Source of the DNA: Chloroflexota bacterium | GTDB lineage: Bacteria; Chloroflexota; Limnocylindria; Limnocylindrales; CSP1-4 | DNA: 64,000 nucleotides | Assembly (NCBI GenBank): GCA_039931975.1 | Contig: JBDTQW010000002.1 | Span: 3,452 to 67,451, forward strand | Direction: 5' to 3' | In this document: positions 8,256 to 17,814 of the stretch, piece after piece | How the letters are laid out: every line of letters begins with the position of its first letter | How positions within the stretch are numbered: position 1 is the stretch's first letter | The notes under the pieces: model-generated | What the model saw: only the letters and a program-made list of their open reading frames with translations | What the model was told of the DNA's origin: nothing | Database searches by the model: none | Position numbers and translations under genes: made by a program

Positions 8256-8981
8256 GTGGACGACCGTTCCGGAGAGCGCCGCGCCGAGCCTCGTCAGCGC
8301 TGGCGGATCGTCTTCGCCCGATCCGCGCCGCCCTCGCCGGAGCATGGCGACGGGGTCGCAGGATGGGAGACGGCGCTCACCGCGGCCAGGCTGCCCGTGG
8401 CCTTCAGCCAGGGCCGCACTGCACGGCCACGGGTGTCGCTCGCCGCCGCATTGCCGATCGGCGTGGCCGGCGAGGCCGAACTGGCCGATGTCGTCCTGAC
8501 GGAACGCCTCACCCGATCCGAGCTGCGGTCCCGTCTCGAAGGGCGGCTGCCCGACGGCCATCGCCTCGTCGACCTGTTCGATGTCTGGCTCGGCGAGCCG
8601 TCGCTGGCCGCCAGCCTGGCTGCCGCCGACTATCGAGTCGACGTTCGAGGAACGAGCGCTGCCGACCTGGGCGGAGCGTGCGACGCACTGCTCGCCTCCA
8701 CCAAGCTCGAACGAACGCGCTCCAAGGGCGAGGGCCGCTCGGTTGCCTACGACCTGAGGCCCCTGCTGCTGCGCCTGGACGCGCTCCCCGGAGCGGCGGT
8801 GTCGGACGCGGCTGACGGGACGGCCACCCTGAGCATGCGCCTGCACCACGGTCAGGAAGGTGGCGCCGGCCGGCCGGACGAAGTCGTCCTCGCCCTCGGC
8901 GAGTGGCTCAGCCGTCCCGTGTCGGTTGCGAGCGCAGTTCGCGAGCGCTTGTTGACGTCCGACGAGCTGCCGTGCGGTTGA
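8256..8981 (+). CDS. DUF2344 / TIGR03936-type protein (radical-SAM-linked family, stand-alone)
   Basis: RWRIVFAR...LPVAFSQGRTARPRVSLAAALPIGVAGEAELADVVL matches my recollection of the DUF2344 core (SQGFnPrP..f..aLp.G..S.aE). It sits upstream of rplU, as in many genomes. Confidence 0.6.
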   Translation: MDDRSGERRAEPRQRWRIVFARSAPPSPEHGDGVAGWETALTAARLPVAFSQGRTARPRVSLAAALPIGVAGEAELADVVLTERLTRSELRSRLEGRLPDGHRLVDLFDVWLGEPSLAASLAAADYRVDVRGTSAADLGGACDALLASTKLERTRSKGEGRSVAYDLRPLLLRLDALPGAAVSDAADGTATLSMRLHHGQEGGAGRPDEVVLALGEWLSRPVSVASAVRERLLTSDELPCG

Positions 8982-9093
8982 CGCTCGGCCGCGCTCGCCG
9001 TACCATCGGCGTTCGCCCGACCCCGGTCGGCGTCTCACCCTGTCCCACGCAGCGATCGACCACGGTCGGTCGCGACGACCACCCCGAGGATCC

Positions 9094-9750
9094 ATGTACG
9101 CAGTCATCGAGACCGGCGGGAAGCAGTATCGCGTCGAGGTCGGCACCCAGCTCGAGGTCGAGCTGATCGATGCCAAGGCCGGCGACACGGTCAGCATCGA
9201 ACGCGTCCTCCTCGTCGCGGACGGTGACACGGCGACCATCGGACGGCCGGTGGTGAGCGAGGCCAGTGTCCGCGCCGAGGTTCTGCGCCAGGAACGCGGC
9301 GAGAAGGTCATCTCATTCAAGTACCGTCCGAAGGCTCGACGGCGCGTGAAGAAGGGCCATCGCCAGGAGCTCCACGTCCTGCGCATCGCCGACATCGTGC
9401 TCAACGGTAAGAGCGCCGCGGAGGCGGTTCGGAAGGCCGAGACCGAGGCGAAGAGCGAGCGCCAGCGGCTCGAGGAGGCGGCCCGTCGCCAGGCGGCCGA
9501 AGACGCAGCCCTTGCCGCCAAGCTCGCCGCGGCCAAGGCGCCCAAGGCCGAGCCGAAGGCCGGCCCGAAGGCAAAGACCGGAGCCAAGCCGGCATCGACG
9601 GCCAAGCCGGCGCCGACCGCCAAGAAGCCACCCGCCGCCAGGTCCACGCCCGCCGCCAAGTCCCAAGCCAAGGCCACCGCGCCCAAGAAGCCCGGTGCCG
9701 CCAAACCGACCGCCGCGAGGAAGCCGCGCGCCACGAAGAAGGACGAGTAG
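9094..9750 (+). CDS. rplU: 50S ribosomal protein L21 with a ~115-aa Ala/Lys/Pro-rich C-terminal extension
   Basis: MYAVIETGGKQYRVEVG...FKYRPKARRRVKKGHRQELHVLRI is the L21 core. The tail is AKAPKAEPKAGPKAKTGAKPASTAKPAPTAKKPPAA.... An SD (GAGGA) lies upstream. Confidence 0.95.
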   Translation: MYAVIETGGKQYRVEVGTQLEVELIDAKAGDTVSIERVLLVADGDTATIGRPVVSEASVRAEVLRQERGEKVISFKYRPKARRRVKKGHRQELHVLRIADIVLNGKSAAEAVRKAETEAKSERQRLEEAARRQAAEDAALAAKLAAAKAPKAEPKAGPKAKTGAKPASTAKPAPTAKKPPAARSTPAAKSQAKATAPKKPGAAKPTAARKPRATKKDE

Positions 9751-9756
9751 ACCCAG

Positions 9757-10023
9757 ATGGCCCACAAGAAGGCAGGCTCAAGCTCGAAGAACGGCCGCGA
9801 CAGCGTCGGCCAGCGACTCGGCGTCAAGGTCGGCGACGGCCAGATCGTGCCCGCCGGCTCGATCATCGTGCGCCAGCGCGGGATGACCTTCCTCTCCGGC
9901 GATGGAACCGGCCTCGGCCGCGACTACACCGTCTTCGCGACGGTCACCGGCAAGGTCCGCTTCGAGCACCAGACCAAGTCCAAGAAGCGTATTCGCGTCG
10001 AAGCCGTCGCGGCCGAGGCGTAA
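9757..10023 (+). CDS. rpmA: 50S ribosomal protein L27
   Basis: [29 protein letters not shown]...IIVRQRG is a canonical L27. Confidence 0.97.
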   Translation: MAHKKAGSSSKNGRDSVGQRLGVKVGDGQIVPAGSIIVRQRGMTFLSGDGTGLGRDYTVFATVTGKVRFEHQTKSKKRIRVEAVAAEA

Positions 10024-10095
10024 TCGCAGCCAGCACCGCAGCCGACGACCACCGGCGGGCAGGACCCGTACGGACGGCGCCGGAGGAGAACCGAC

Positions 10096-10308
10096 GTGAA
10101 GCCCGACATCCATCCCAAATACTTCCAGGCCGAGGTCCATTGCGGATCGTGTGGGACGACATTCACGGTCGGGTCCACTCGGCAGGAGCTCCGGGTCGAC
10201 GTGTGCAGCAACTGCCACCCGTTCTTCACCGGCAAGCAGACGATCATCGACACCGCCGGCCAGGTCGAGCGCTTCCAGAAGCGCCTGGAACGGTCCGCTC
10301 GCGCGTAG
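10096..10308 (+). CDS. rpmE: 50S ribosomal protein L31 (Zn-ribbon, C+ type)
   Basis: MKPDIHPKYF...HCGSCG...CSNCHPFFTGKQ. An SD (GGAGGAG) lies upstream of the GTG start. Confidence 0.96.
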   Translation: MKPDIHPKYFQAEVHCGSCGTTFTVGSTRQELRVDVCSNCHPFFTGKQTIIDTAGQVERFQKRLERSARA

Positions 10309-10315
10309 ACCCGAA

Positions 10316-10330
10316 CGAAGCGGGGCTTCG
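10316..10330 (+). terminator. Small hairpin downstream of rpmE
   Basis: cgaagc-ggg-gcttcg has a 6-bp stem and starts 8 nt after the rpmE stop. It is weak and has no U-tract. Confidence 0.25.
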
Positions 10331-10432
10331 CCGCACCGCCGAGCGTCCGGCCGTACGCCGACCCACCTCGACCCACGAGGGCGACGAGACCGAGCCTGGT
10401 CGTCCCGCTCGGGTCGCCCGCCCGTGAGCCGG

Positions 10433-10438
10433 TAGACT
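10433..10438 (+). promoter_or_regulatory. -10-like TAGACT, 6 nt upstream of the DUF1385 ATG (predicts a leaderless mRNA)
   Basis: ccGGTAGACTgcctcgATG with no Shine-Dalgarno. The ATG is supported by the conserved DUF1385 N-terminus. Confidence 0.45.
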
Positions 10439-10444
10439 GCCTCG

Positions 10445-11461
10445 ATGGCGCGCTATACCTACGGTGGTCAGGCCCTGATCGAGGGCGTCCTAATGCGCGG
10501 TCGCAACGCGATCGCGGTGGCGTTTCGCAGCCCCGAAGGCGGCATCGTCTGGGCCACGGAACGGCTCGACTCCGGGTTCCACGGAAGCCGCTGGGCACGG
10601 TTGCCCTTCCTGCGCGGACTGGTCGTGCTGTACGAGACGCTGATCGTCGGCACGCGCTGGCTGGTCCGCTCGGCCTCGCTGGCCGCCTCCGAGGAGGGCG
10701 CCGAGCTCGGCCGCGGCGCGATCGCGGTCATGCTCGGGGTGACCCTGGCCGCCGGGATCGGCGTCTTCTTCCTGCTGCCCTTGATCATCGCCACGTTCAC
10801 CACCAGCCAGATCGACAACGGCCTGGTCCAGCACCTCGTCGAAGGGCTCGTGCGGGTCGGGATCTTTCTGGGCTACCTCGTCCTGATCGCCCAGGCCAAG
10901 GACGTCCGGCGCGTGTTCCAGTACCACGGCGCGGAGCACATGACGATCCACGCGCTCGAGGCCGAGGACCCGCTGACGACGGCCGCGGTGCGCAGGTACC
11001 CGACGGCCCACCAGCGGTGCGGGACGGAGTTCCTGGTCGTGGTCATCGCTCTGTCGATCGTGATGTTCAGTCTCGTCGGGCGACAGAGCCCGCTGGTCAT
11101 GGTCGGCAGCCGGATCGTGCTCATCCCGGTGATCGCGGGCGTCGGCTACGAGCTCCTGCGGCTGGGCGCCAGGTACCGGGCGAATCCCGTGGTCCGCGCG
11201 ATCATGTGGCCGGGCATCCTCGTCCAGAAGATCACCACCCGGCAGCCGACTGACGACATGATCGAGGTCGCGATCGTGTCGATGGAGGAGGCCCTGACCG
11301 CCGACGGCGAGCCCATCCCGGACGGCAGTGCCATGTTTGAGCGCGAGCCGCTGGCCGAGGCCGAGGCTCGGATCAAGGCCAAGCGCGCCGCCGAGCTGGG
11401 CGCGAGCGAGGGCGCTAGCGAGGGCGGCAGCGAGACCGAGCGACCCGCCACCGAAGCATGA
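10445..11461 (+). CDS. DUF1385 family membrane protein (YqhQ-like)
   Basis: [21 protein letters not shown]..., YHGAEHM and a HQRCGTEF motif. In a conserved position upstream of prfA-prmC. Confidence 0.85.
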   Translation: MARYTYGGQALIEGVLMRGRNAIAVAFRSPEGGIVWATERLDSGFHGSRWARLPFLRGLVVLYETLIVGTRWLVRSASLAASEEGAELGRGAIAVMLGVTLAAGIGVFFLLPLIIATFTTSQIDNGLVQHLVEGLVRVGIFLGYLVLIAQAKDVRRVFQYHGAEHMTIHALEAEDPLTTAAVRRYPTAHQRCGTEFLVVVIALSIVMFSLVGRQSPLVMVGSRIVLIPVIAGVGYELLRLGARYRANPVVRAIMWPGILVQKITTRQPTDDMIEVAIVSMEEALTADGEPIPDGSAMFEREPLAEAEARIKAKRAAELGASEGASEGGSETERPATEA

Positions 11462-12579
11462 TCGGCGACCGGCTCCGCGAGGTCGTGGCCCGCCACGAGG
11501 CGATCCAGGCGGAGCTGGTCCTGCCCGAAACGTCGACGGACCCCGACGCCCTGCGCCGCCTCGGCCGCGAGCTGGCCCGGCTGGAGCCTGTGGTGGCGGC
11601 CGTCCACCGCCTGGCCGACACCCGCGCCGAGCTGGCCGGCGCACGCCAGATGCGCGACTCCGAATCTGACGATGAGCTGCGCGGGATGGCCCGTGACGAG
11701 GTGGTCAGGCTGGAGGCCGACGAGGCCCGCCTCATCGAGGAGCTCAAGGTGCTCCTGCTCCCACGCGATCCGGCCGACGACGGTGACGTGATCATGGAGA
11801 TCCGGGCCGGTGCCGGCGGCGAGGAGGCGGCGCTGTTCGCCGCCGAGCTGCTCCGGATGTACCTGCGTTATGCCGAGCGCCATCGCTTCGCCGCGGAGGC
11901 GATCTCGCTCAACGAGACGGGCATCGGCGGGCTCAAGGAGGCGATCCTCGAGATCAGCGGCGACGGCGCCTACTCGCGCCTGAAATTCGAGGGCGGCGTC
12001 CATCGCGTCCAGCGGGTGCCGGCCACCGAGTCGTCCGGCCGGATCCACACCTCGACCGCGACGGTCGTGGTCCTGCCCGAGGTCGAGGAGAACGAGATCG
12101 TCATCGACGAGGACCGGGATCTCCGGATCGAGGTCAAGCGTTCGTCGGGGCCCGGGGGACAGTCGGTGAACACGACCGACTCGGCAGTCCGGATCACCCA
12201 CCTGCCCTCGGGGCTCGTCGTCGAGATCCAAGACGAGAAGAGCCAGCACAAGAACAAGGCCAAGGCGCTGTCGGTGCTGCGCGCCAGGCTCCAGGACCTC
12301 GAGCTCCAGAAGCAGCGCGCCGAGAACTCGGCCGCCCGGCGCTCGATGATCGGGGCCGGCGATCGTTCCGACAAGATCCGGACCTACAATTTTCCCCAGG
12401 ACCGGGTGACCGATCACCGGATCGGGATGGACCTGTCGAACCTGCCCAAGGTGCTCGACGGCGATCTCGACCGGCTCGTCGACGCCCTGATCACGACCGA
12501 CCAGGCGGAGCGCCTGACCGCGCTCCTCGATGACGACGGCGACGACCCTTCGGCGGGCGCGCCGAGCCGCCGCACGTAG
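11458..12579 (+). CDS. prfA: Peptide chain release factor 1
   Basis: Carries the RF1 tripeptide in RVPATES (PxT) and the GGQ motif in [23 protein letters not shown]. The ATGA overlaps the upstream gene. Confidence 0.97.
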   Translation: MIGDRLREVVARHEAIQAELVLPETSTDPDALRRLGRELARLEPVVAAVHRLADTRAELAGARQMRDSESDDELRGMARDEVVRLEADEARLIEELKVLLLPRDPADDGDVIMEIRAGAGGEEAALFAAELLRMYLRYAERHRFAAEAISLNETGIGGLKEAILEISGDGAYSRLKFEGGVHRVQRVPATESSGRIHTSTATVVVLPEVEENEIVIDEDRDLRIEVKRSSGPGGQSVNTTDSAVRITHLPSGLVVEIQDEKSQHKNKAKALSVLRARLQDLELQKQRAENSAARRSMIGAGDRSDKIRTYNFPQDRVTDHRIGMDLSNLPKVLDGDLDRLVDALITTDQAERLTALLDDDGDDPSAGAPSRRT

Positions 12580-12583
12580 CCCC

Positions 12584-13480
12584 GTGGCGACCGTCGAAGA
12601 GCTCCTGCGTGCCGGGATCGAGCGGCTCCGCGCGTCCGGCTCCGAGAGCCCCCGGCTCGACGCCGAGCTCCTGCTCGCCCGGAGGGTCGGTCTCGACCGG
12701 ACCCGGATCGTGGCCTATCCGGAGGCACCGGTCGGCGAGTCGGCTGCCGCGGCATACGACACGGACCTCGCCCGGCGCGAGATGGGCGAGCCGATCGCGT
12801 ACATCCGGGGGATCAAGGAGTTCCACGGTCTGGCCTTCGTGGCAGACCCGCGTGCGCTGATCCCGCGGCCCGAGACCGAACGGCTGGTCGAGCTGGCTGA
12901 GTCCGAGGTGGTGACCCGGCTGCTGGCCGCACCGCGCCCGCCGGGCACCCGGCCGGTCCGGGTCGTCGACATCGGCACGGGCAGTGGCCCGATCGCGATC
13001 GCGCTGGCCGTGGCACTCCGCCGCCGACGGATGCTTGGCGACGTGCGGATCATGGCGACCGACCTCGCCCCCGAGGCGCTTCAGCTCGCTCGCGAGAACG
13101 CTGTCGGGCACGGCGTTGCCGACCGTATCGAGTTCATCGTGACCGATCTCCTGCCGCTGGACGGGGAACTGCTCGATGTCGTCGCGGCGAACCTGCCGTA
13201 TATCCCGTCCGCGGTCGTGGATGAGCTGCCGGTCGCAGCATCGTTCGAGCCCCGCGAGGCGCTCGACGGCGGCCCCGACGGCCTGGACGTCATTCGCGCG
13301 TTGCTCGACCGATTGCCCCGGGTGCTCCGTCGCGACGGCGTGGCGCTCCTCGAGATCGGCTCGGACCAGGCCCAGGTTCTGGCGGCGGAAGCTGCCACGC
13401 GAATGCCCGGCTGGGCCTGCGAAGTCCTCTCCGACCTCGCCGGTCTGCCCAGGGTGGCGCGGCTCGAGCCTGCCGCCTAA
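12584..13480 (+). CDS. prmC: Release-factor glutamine N5-methyltransferase PrmC/HemK
   Basis: Has the SAM motif VVDIGTGSGPIAIAL and the catalytic tetrapeptide NLPY, a variant of NPPY. The track ORF starts at 12530 inside prfA. I prefer the in-frame GTG at 12584, 5 nt after the prfA stop. The start is uncertain. Confidence 0.88.
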   Translation: MATVEELLRAGIERLRASGSESPRLDAELLLARRVGLDRTRIVAYPEAPVGESAAAAYDTDLARREMGEPIAYIRGIKEFHGLAFVADPRALIPRPETERLVELAESEVVTRLLAAPRPPGTRPVRVVDIGTGSGPIAIALAVALRRRRMLGDVRIMATDLAPEALQLARENAVGHGVADRIEFIVTDLLPLDGELLDVVAANLPYIPSAVVDELPVAASFEPREALDGGPDGLDVIRALLDRLPRVLRRDGVALLEIGSDQAQVLAAEAATRMPGWACEVLSDLAGLPRVARLEPAA

Positions 13481-13484
13481 GGCC

Positions 13485-14408
13485 GTGCCGGACCCCCGTT
13501 TCCCGATCCGGTTGCTCGCGCTCGACCTCGACGGAACGCTGATCGGGCCAGACCTACGTCTCTGGCCGCGGACGCGCGCGGCGATCCTGGCAGCGGTCGG
13601 CAGGGGTGTCCATGTGTCCCTTGCAACCGGCCGGATGCCGACGAGTGCCCAGCCCTTCGCGGCCGAGCTCGGCCTGCACGACCCCGTCATCGCCTACCAG
13701 GGCGCCCTGGTCCGCGCCGCGCCCCCGGCCGATCGAGCCCTGGGCCGGCTGATCTATCACCGGCCACTTCCGGCCGACGTCGCTCGCGAGACGATTCGCT
13801 GGACGCGAGAACGAGGTTTCGCGCCGCACCTGAACCATCTCGAACGCTTCATCATCCCGGCCGGAGACCCACGGACTGACGACTACTCGGCATTCCTTGG
13901 GGCACACGCGGAGATCGTGCCCGACCTCGAGGGCTGGATCCGGCGACCGGTGTCGAAGGTACTGGCCGTCGGCCCGACCGGCGCGCCGCTGGCGTTCCTC
14001 GAGGCCGCCCGGACCCACTTCGCCGGGCGGGCGGAGGTCACCGTCAGTCACCCCGAGTTCCTCGAGTTCCTGGCGCCGGGTGTATCGAAGGGCCAGGCCG
14101 TGCGCTGGCTGGCCCGGCGCCTGCGCATCCCACTCGAGCAGACCCTGGCGATTGGCGATCAGTACAACGACTTCGAGATGATCGCGGCGGCCGGTCACGG
14201 CGTGGCCATGCCATCGGCGCCACCCGCCGTCCAGGGGGCGGCTCGCTACGTAGCGGCCCCACTGGCCGACGAGGGCGCCGCCGAAGTCATCGAGCTGCTA
14301 GTCCTGGCCGGCCAGGACGCGCCGGGCAACGTCGACCGGATCCGACCGGGCGGCGCAGCGGCGGCCGTGGCCGGCCCGCTCGTCCGACCGAGCGCGGCAT
14401 CCCGATGA
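13485..14408 (+). CDS. Cof-type HAD-IIB family hydrolase
   Basis: IRLLALDLDGTL is HAD motif I; also ...SLATGR... and ...AIGDQYNDFEMI.... The in-frame GTG at 13485 lies 5 nt after the prmC stop. The upstream part of track ORF 13176..14408 overlaps prmC and is discarded. Confidence 0.82.
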   Translation: MPDPRFPIRLLALDLDGTLIGPDLRLWPRTRAAILAAVGRGVHVSLATGRMPTSAQPFAAELGLHDPVIAYQGALVRAAPPADRALGRLIYHRPLPADVARETIRWTRERGFAPHLNHLERFIIPAGDPRTDDYSAFLGAHAEIVPDLEGWIRRPVSKVLAVGPTGAPLAFLEAARTHFAGRAEVTVSHPEFLEFLAPGVSKGQAVRWLARRLRIPLEQTLAIGDQYNDFEMIAAAGHGVAMPSAPPAVQGAARYVAAPLADEGAAEVIELLVLAGQDAPGNVDRIRPGGAAAAVAGPLVRPSAASR

Positions 14409-15061
14409 GCGCGACGATCCTGGTCGACGACGAGGCCGGACGTGGGGCGGCCATAGCCGCGCTTCGCCGAGGCGGGCTCGTGGCGCTGCCGACGGACACG
14501 GTCTACGGCCTGGCTGTCGGGCTCGAGGCGATCGGGGGTCTCGGGCGGCTGTTCGCGGCCAAGCACCGGCCGCTCGACAAGGCGATCGTCCTGCTCCTCG
14601 CCGATCACCGCCAGGCAGAATCGGTCGGTCTCCTGGACGCGGCGGCCCACGTTCTCGTCTCGGCATTCTGGCCCGGGGGCCTGACCCTGGTCGTGCCGCT
14701 CCGTCCCGACGCGGCTCTGCCGGCCGAGCTGACCGGTGGCACGGGAACCATCGGACTCAGGCTGCCCGCCCATGACGCGCCGCGTGCCCTGGCGGCTGCT
14801 GTCGGCCCGCTGCCCGTCACCTCGGCGAATCGATCCGGGGAGGCGGCCGCGACCGATGCCGCGCAGGTCCTGGATCAACTCGGCGACAGCGCCGACCTGG
14901 AGCTCATCCTCGACGGTGGACCAGTCCCCGGCGGCGTGGCGTCGACCGTGGTCGATTGCGCCGCCGGACCCGCGCGGATCCTCCGAGCGGGCGCCATCAC
15001 GGTCGATGCGCTGGCGGCCGTTCTCGACGAGGCCGAGCTGGAGCACCGCCTGCGCGGCTGA
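14405..15061 (+). CDS. tsaC: L-threonylcarbamoyladenylate synthase (TsaC/Sua5/YwlC family)
   Basis: GGLVALPTDTVYGLAV...RLFAAKHRPLDKAIVLL...SANRSGE. In the syntenic position of Rv1301. The ATGA overlaps the HAD gene. Confidence 0.88.
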   Translation: MSATILVDDEAGRGAAIAALRRGGLVALPTDTVYGLAVGLEAIGGLGRLFAAKHRPLDKAIVLLLADHRQAESVGLLDAAAHVLVSAFWPGGLTLVVPLRPDAALPAELTGGTGTIGLRLPAHDAPRALAAAVGPLPVTSANRSGEAAATDAAQVLDQLGDSADLELILDGGPVPGGVASTVVDCAAGPARILRAGAITVDALAAVLDEAELEHRLRG

Positions 15062-15178
15062 CCCCTGGGACCGGGTCAGACGAGGGAGCGGTGCCCGCGC
15101 CCAGGTCGACCGTTGTGGGACGATTGCGCCGGTCGCCGGCGACCCCGGGCGATCGCGAACGCAGACCGAGGGACCCCG

Positions 15179-16507
15179 ATGACCGCCACTGCCCCCACGG
15201 GACTCGCCTGGGCCCCGATCTCCGATGTCGATCCCGAGCTATGGGCGGCGATGGTCGGCGAGCGCCACCGTCAACACGACAAGATCGAGCTCATCGCCAG
15301 CGAGAACTACGTCTTCGGGGCCGTTCTCGAGGCGCAGGGGAGCTGGCTCACGAACAAGTACGCCGAGGGCTTGCCGGGCAAGCGCTACTACGGCGGCTGC
15401 GAATATATCGACATCGCCGAGCGCCTCGCCCAGGAGCGCGCCCTCGCGCTCTTCCCCGGTTCCGAGCACGTCAACGTCCAGCCCCACTCTGGCGCCCAGG
15501 CCAACATGGCGGCCTACCTGAGCTCCGTCAGCCCCGGCGATCGGGTCCTCGGCATGAAGCTTGATCAGGGTGGGCATCTGACCCATGGGATGGCGCTCAA
15601 CTTCAGCGGCCGGTTCTATGAGATCCATGGCTACGGGGTCAGCCGCGACGACGAGCGCATCGACTACGACGCCCTCGAGCAGCAGGCGGGCCAGGTCCGG
15701 CCCAGGCTGATCATCGGCGGGGCGAGTGCTTATCCTCGGATCATCGACTTCGAGCGGATGGCCGACATCGCTCACTCCGTCGGCGCGCTCCTGTGGGTCG
15801 ATATGGCCCACGTGGCCGGGCTGGTCGCCACCGGTCTTCATCCCAGTCCCTTCCCGCACGCCGACATCGTCACCACGACGACCCACAAGACCCTCCGCGG
15901 CGCCCGCGGCGGGCTCATCTTCAGCCGACGAGAGCTGCCGTCGACGGCCGATCCGGCCGACTTCCCGATGGTCAAGCCGAACCTGGCCGCAACGATCGAC
16001 CGGAGCGTCTTCCCGGGCATCCAGGGCGGTCCCCTCGAGCACGTGATCGCCGCCAAGGCGGTCGCCTTCAAGCTGGCTCTGACCGACGACTTCCGGGATT
16101 ACCAGCAGCGAGTCGTGGACAACGCCCGGGTCCTGGCCGAGACCCTCGCCGGGGAGGGGCTGCGGCTCATCTCCGGCGGTACCGACAACCATCTCATCCT
16201 GGCCGACGTGACCTCGTTCGGGGTCACGGGCAAGGAGGCCGAGCACGTCCTCGACGAGATCGGCATCACCGTCAACAAGAACGGCATCCCGTTCGACGCG
16301 AACCCGCCGAACACGGCGTCGGGGATCCGGGTCGGGACGCCGGCGACGACCACCCGCGGCTTCGGCGAGGCCGAGATGCGCGATATCGGTCGGATCATCG
16401 TCGAGGCGATCCGGCGGCGGGACGAACCGGCCACCCAGGCTCGCCTCACCGAGGAAGTCGCGTCGATCGTCGCTCGCTTCCCCGTGCCCGGCCTCACCGA
16501 GGCCTGA
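15179..16507 (+). CDS. glyA: Serine hydroxymethyltransferase
   Basis: [22 protein letters not shown]-like ([13 protein letters not shown]), and [15 protein letters not shown] containing the PLP lysine. The ATG at 15179 is preceded by GAGGGA. Confidence 0.97.
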   Translation: MTATAPTGLAWAPISDVDPELWAAMVGERHRQHDKIELIASENYVFGAVLEAQGSWLTNKYAEGLPGKRYYGGCEYIDIAERLAQERALALFPGSEHVNVQPHSGAQANMAAYLSSVSPGDRVLGMKLDQGGHLTHGMALNFSGRFYEIHGYGVSRDDERIDYDALEQQAGQVRPRLIIGGASAYPRIIDFERMADIAHSVGALLWVDMAHVAGLVATGLHPSPFPHADIVTTTTHKTLRGARGGLIFSRRELPSTADPADFPMVKPNLAATIDRSVFPGIQGGPLEHVIAAKAVAFKLALTDDFRDYQQRVVDNARVLAETLAGEGLRLISGGTDNHLILADVTSFGVTGKEAEHVLDEIGITVNKNGIPFDANPPNTASGIRVGTPATTTRGFGEAEMRDIGRIIVEAIRRRDEPATQARLTEEVASIVARFPVPGLTEA

Positions 16508-17655
16508 TGAGGTTCATCCCCGACGTCGGGGCGATCGTCCCGGCGCTCGTCGTCGCGTTCGGGTCGGCGGCCCTGCTCGCGCTCCTCCTGACGCCCGCCG
16601 TTCGGCGCTTCGCCCGGGCATTTGGCATGGTCGACCGCCCCGAGGCTCGCCGGGTGAACGTCCGCCCGATCCCACGCGGCGGCGGGTTGGCGGTCGCGGC
16701 GGCCTTCCTGACGGTCGCGGTGGTGGCCGTCATCGTCGCCGACCGGCGCCTCGTCGGGCCGATCGTGATCCCGGGCACCGTGGAACCCAGGGCGCTCGGC
16801 GCGCTGCTCATCGGAGGCCTGGTGGCGGCGGCGATCGGCTTCCTCGACGACGTCCTCCAGATCCGCGCCCGCTGGCAGCTGGTCGGTCAGGTGGCCGTCG
16901 CCCTGGGTGCGGCCGTCCTCGGGGTGTCCGTCGACAGCATCGCAAACCCGTTCGGCCCGGGCCAGATCCGGCTCGAAGCCTTTGCTGGGGCGTTCACGGT
17001 CATCTGGATCGTCGGCATGATCAACAGCATCAACTTCATCGACGGGCTCGATGGCCTGTCATCCGGGATTGCGTTGATCGCCGCCGCTACGCTGGGCTTG
17101 ATCAGCCTCACCACCGCCGTCGGCCCGTTTGGCCAGCCGTTCATCGCCATCCTATGCTTCGTGTTGGCGGGAGCATTGCTTGGGTTCCTGCGCTGGAACT
17201 TCCACCCGGCGACGATTTTCGTCGGAACCAGCGGCGTGATGTTCATCGGCTACACCCTGGCGGTCCTGTCGATCCTCGGCTCAGCCAAGGTGGCCATCGC
17301 CCTGCTGGTCCTCGGCGTGCCGATCATCGACACGTTCTGGATCATCGTGCGGCGGTTGGTGAACCGCCGCTCGCCGTTCACCCCGGACCGAGGCCACGTC
17401 CACCACCGCCTGCTCGATCTCGGCCTCAGCCACACGCTGACCGTCCTGCTGATCTACGTCATCACGGCCGCCCTGGCCGCCCTGACCTTCCTGCTCTCGA
17501 GCGCGGCCCAGCAGCTCTATGCCTTCCTGGGCGTCGTCGTGGGCTCGGGGATCATCCTGTTCCTGCTGACCGGGCGTCACTCGGTCCAGGAGGATCTCGA
17601 GGCCGATTCCTATGTCGACGATCCGGTCGAGGCCCGACAGCCCGCCGACCCCTGA
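16507..17655 (+). CDS. wecA: Polyprenol-phosphate GlcNAc-1-phosphate transferase (WecA/Rfe, MraY-like GT4 family)
   Basis: MINSINFIDGLDGLSSG, many TM segments, and HVHHRLLDLG. It sits between glyA and the atp operon, as rfe/Rv1302 does. TGATG overlaps the glyA stop. Confidence 0.82.
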   Translation: MRFIPDVGAIVPALVVAFGSAALLALLLTPAVRRFARAFGMVDRPEARRVNVRPIPRGGGLAVAAAFLTVAVVAVIVADRRLVGPIVIPGTVEPRALGALLIGGLVAAAIGFLDDVLQIRARWQLVGQVAVALGAAVLGVSVDSIANPFGPGQIRLEAFAGAFTVIWIVGMINSINFIDGLDGLSSGIALIAAATLGLISLTTAVGPFGQPFIAILCFVLAGALLGFLRWNFHPATIFVGTSGVMFIGYTLAVLSILGSAKVAIALLVLGVPIIDTFWIIVRRLVNRRSPFTPDRGHVHHRLLDLGLSHTLTVLLIYVITAALAALTFLLSSAAQQLYAFLGVVVGSGIILFLLTGRHSVQEDLEADSYVDDPVEARQPADP

Positions 17656-17814
17656 CCGTCCGGCCGTCCCGGCCGTGGCTCCGACCGCTGCCCGGTCCCC
17701 GCGGTGCGCCGACGCACCGGTGGTACTTCCCCATTAGTACCCCCCGGTCGGAGCAGTGTTAGCATCCGGCCCACGAGGCCGCCCCGAGTGCTCCGGTCCG
17801 GTCCTTAGGGGGTC

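Noticed and set aside
15062-15178. A possible ZTP (pfl) or other folate/glycine-related riboswitch in the 117-nt glyA leader.
   Set aside because: I could not find the conserved pfl elements on the plus strand. A CCTGGGCG-like string occurs only on the wrong strand. Running Rfam cmscan on this interval would settle it.
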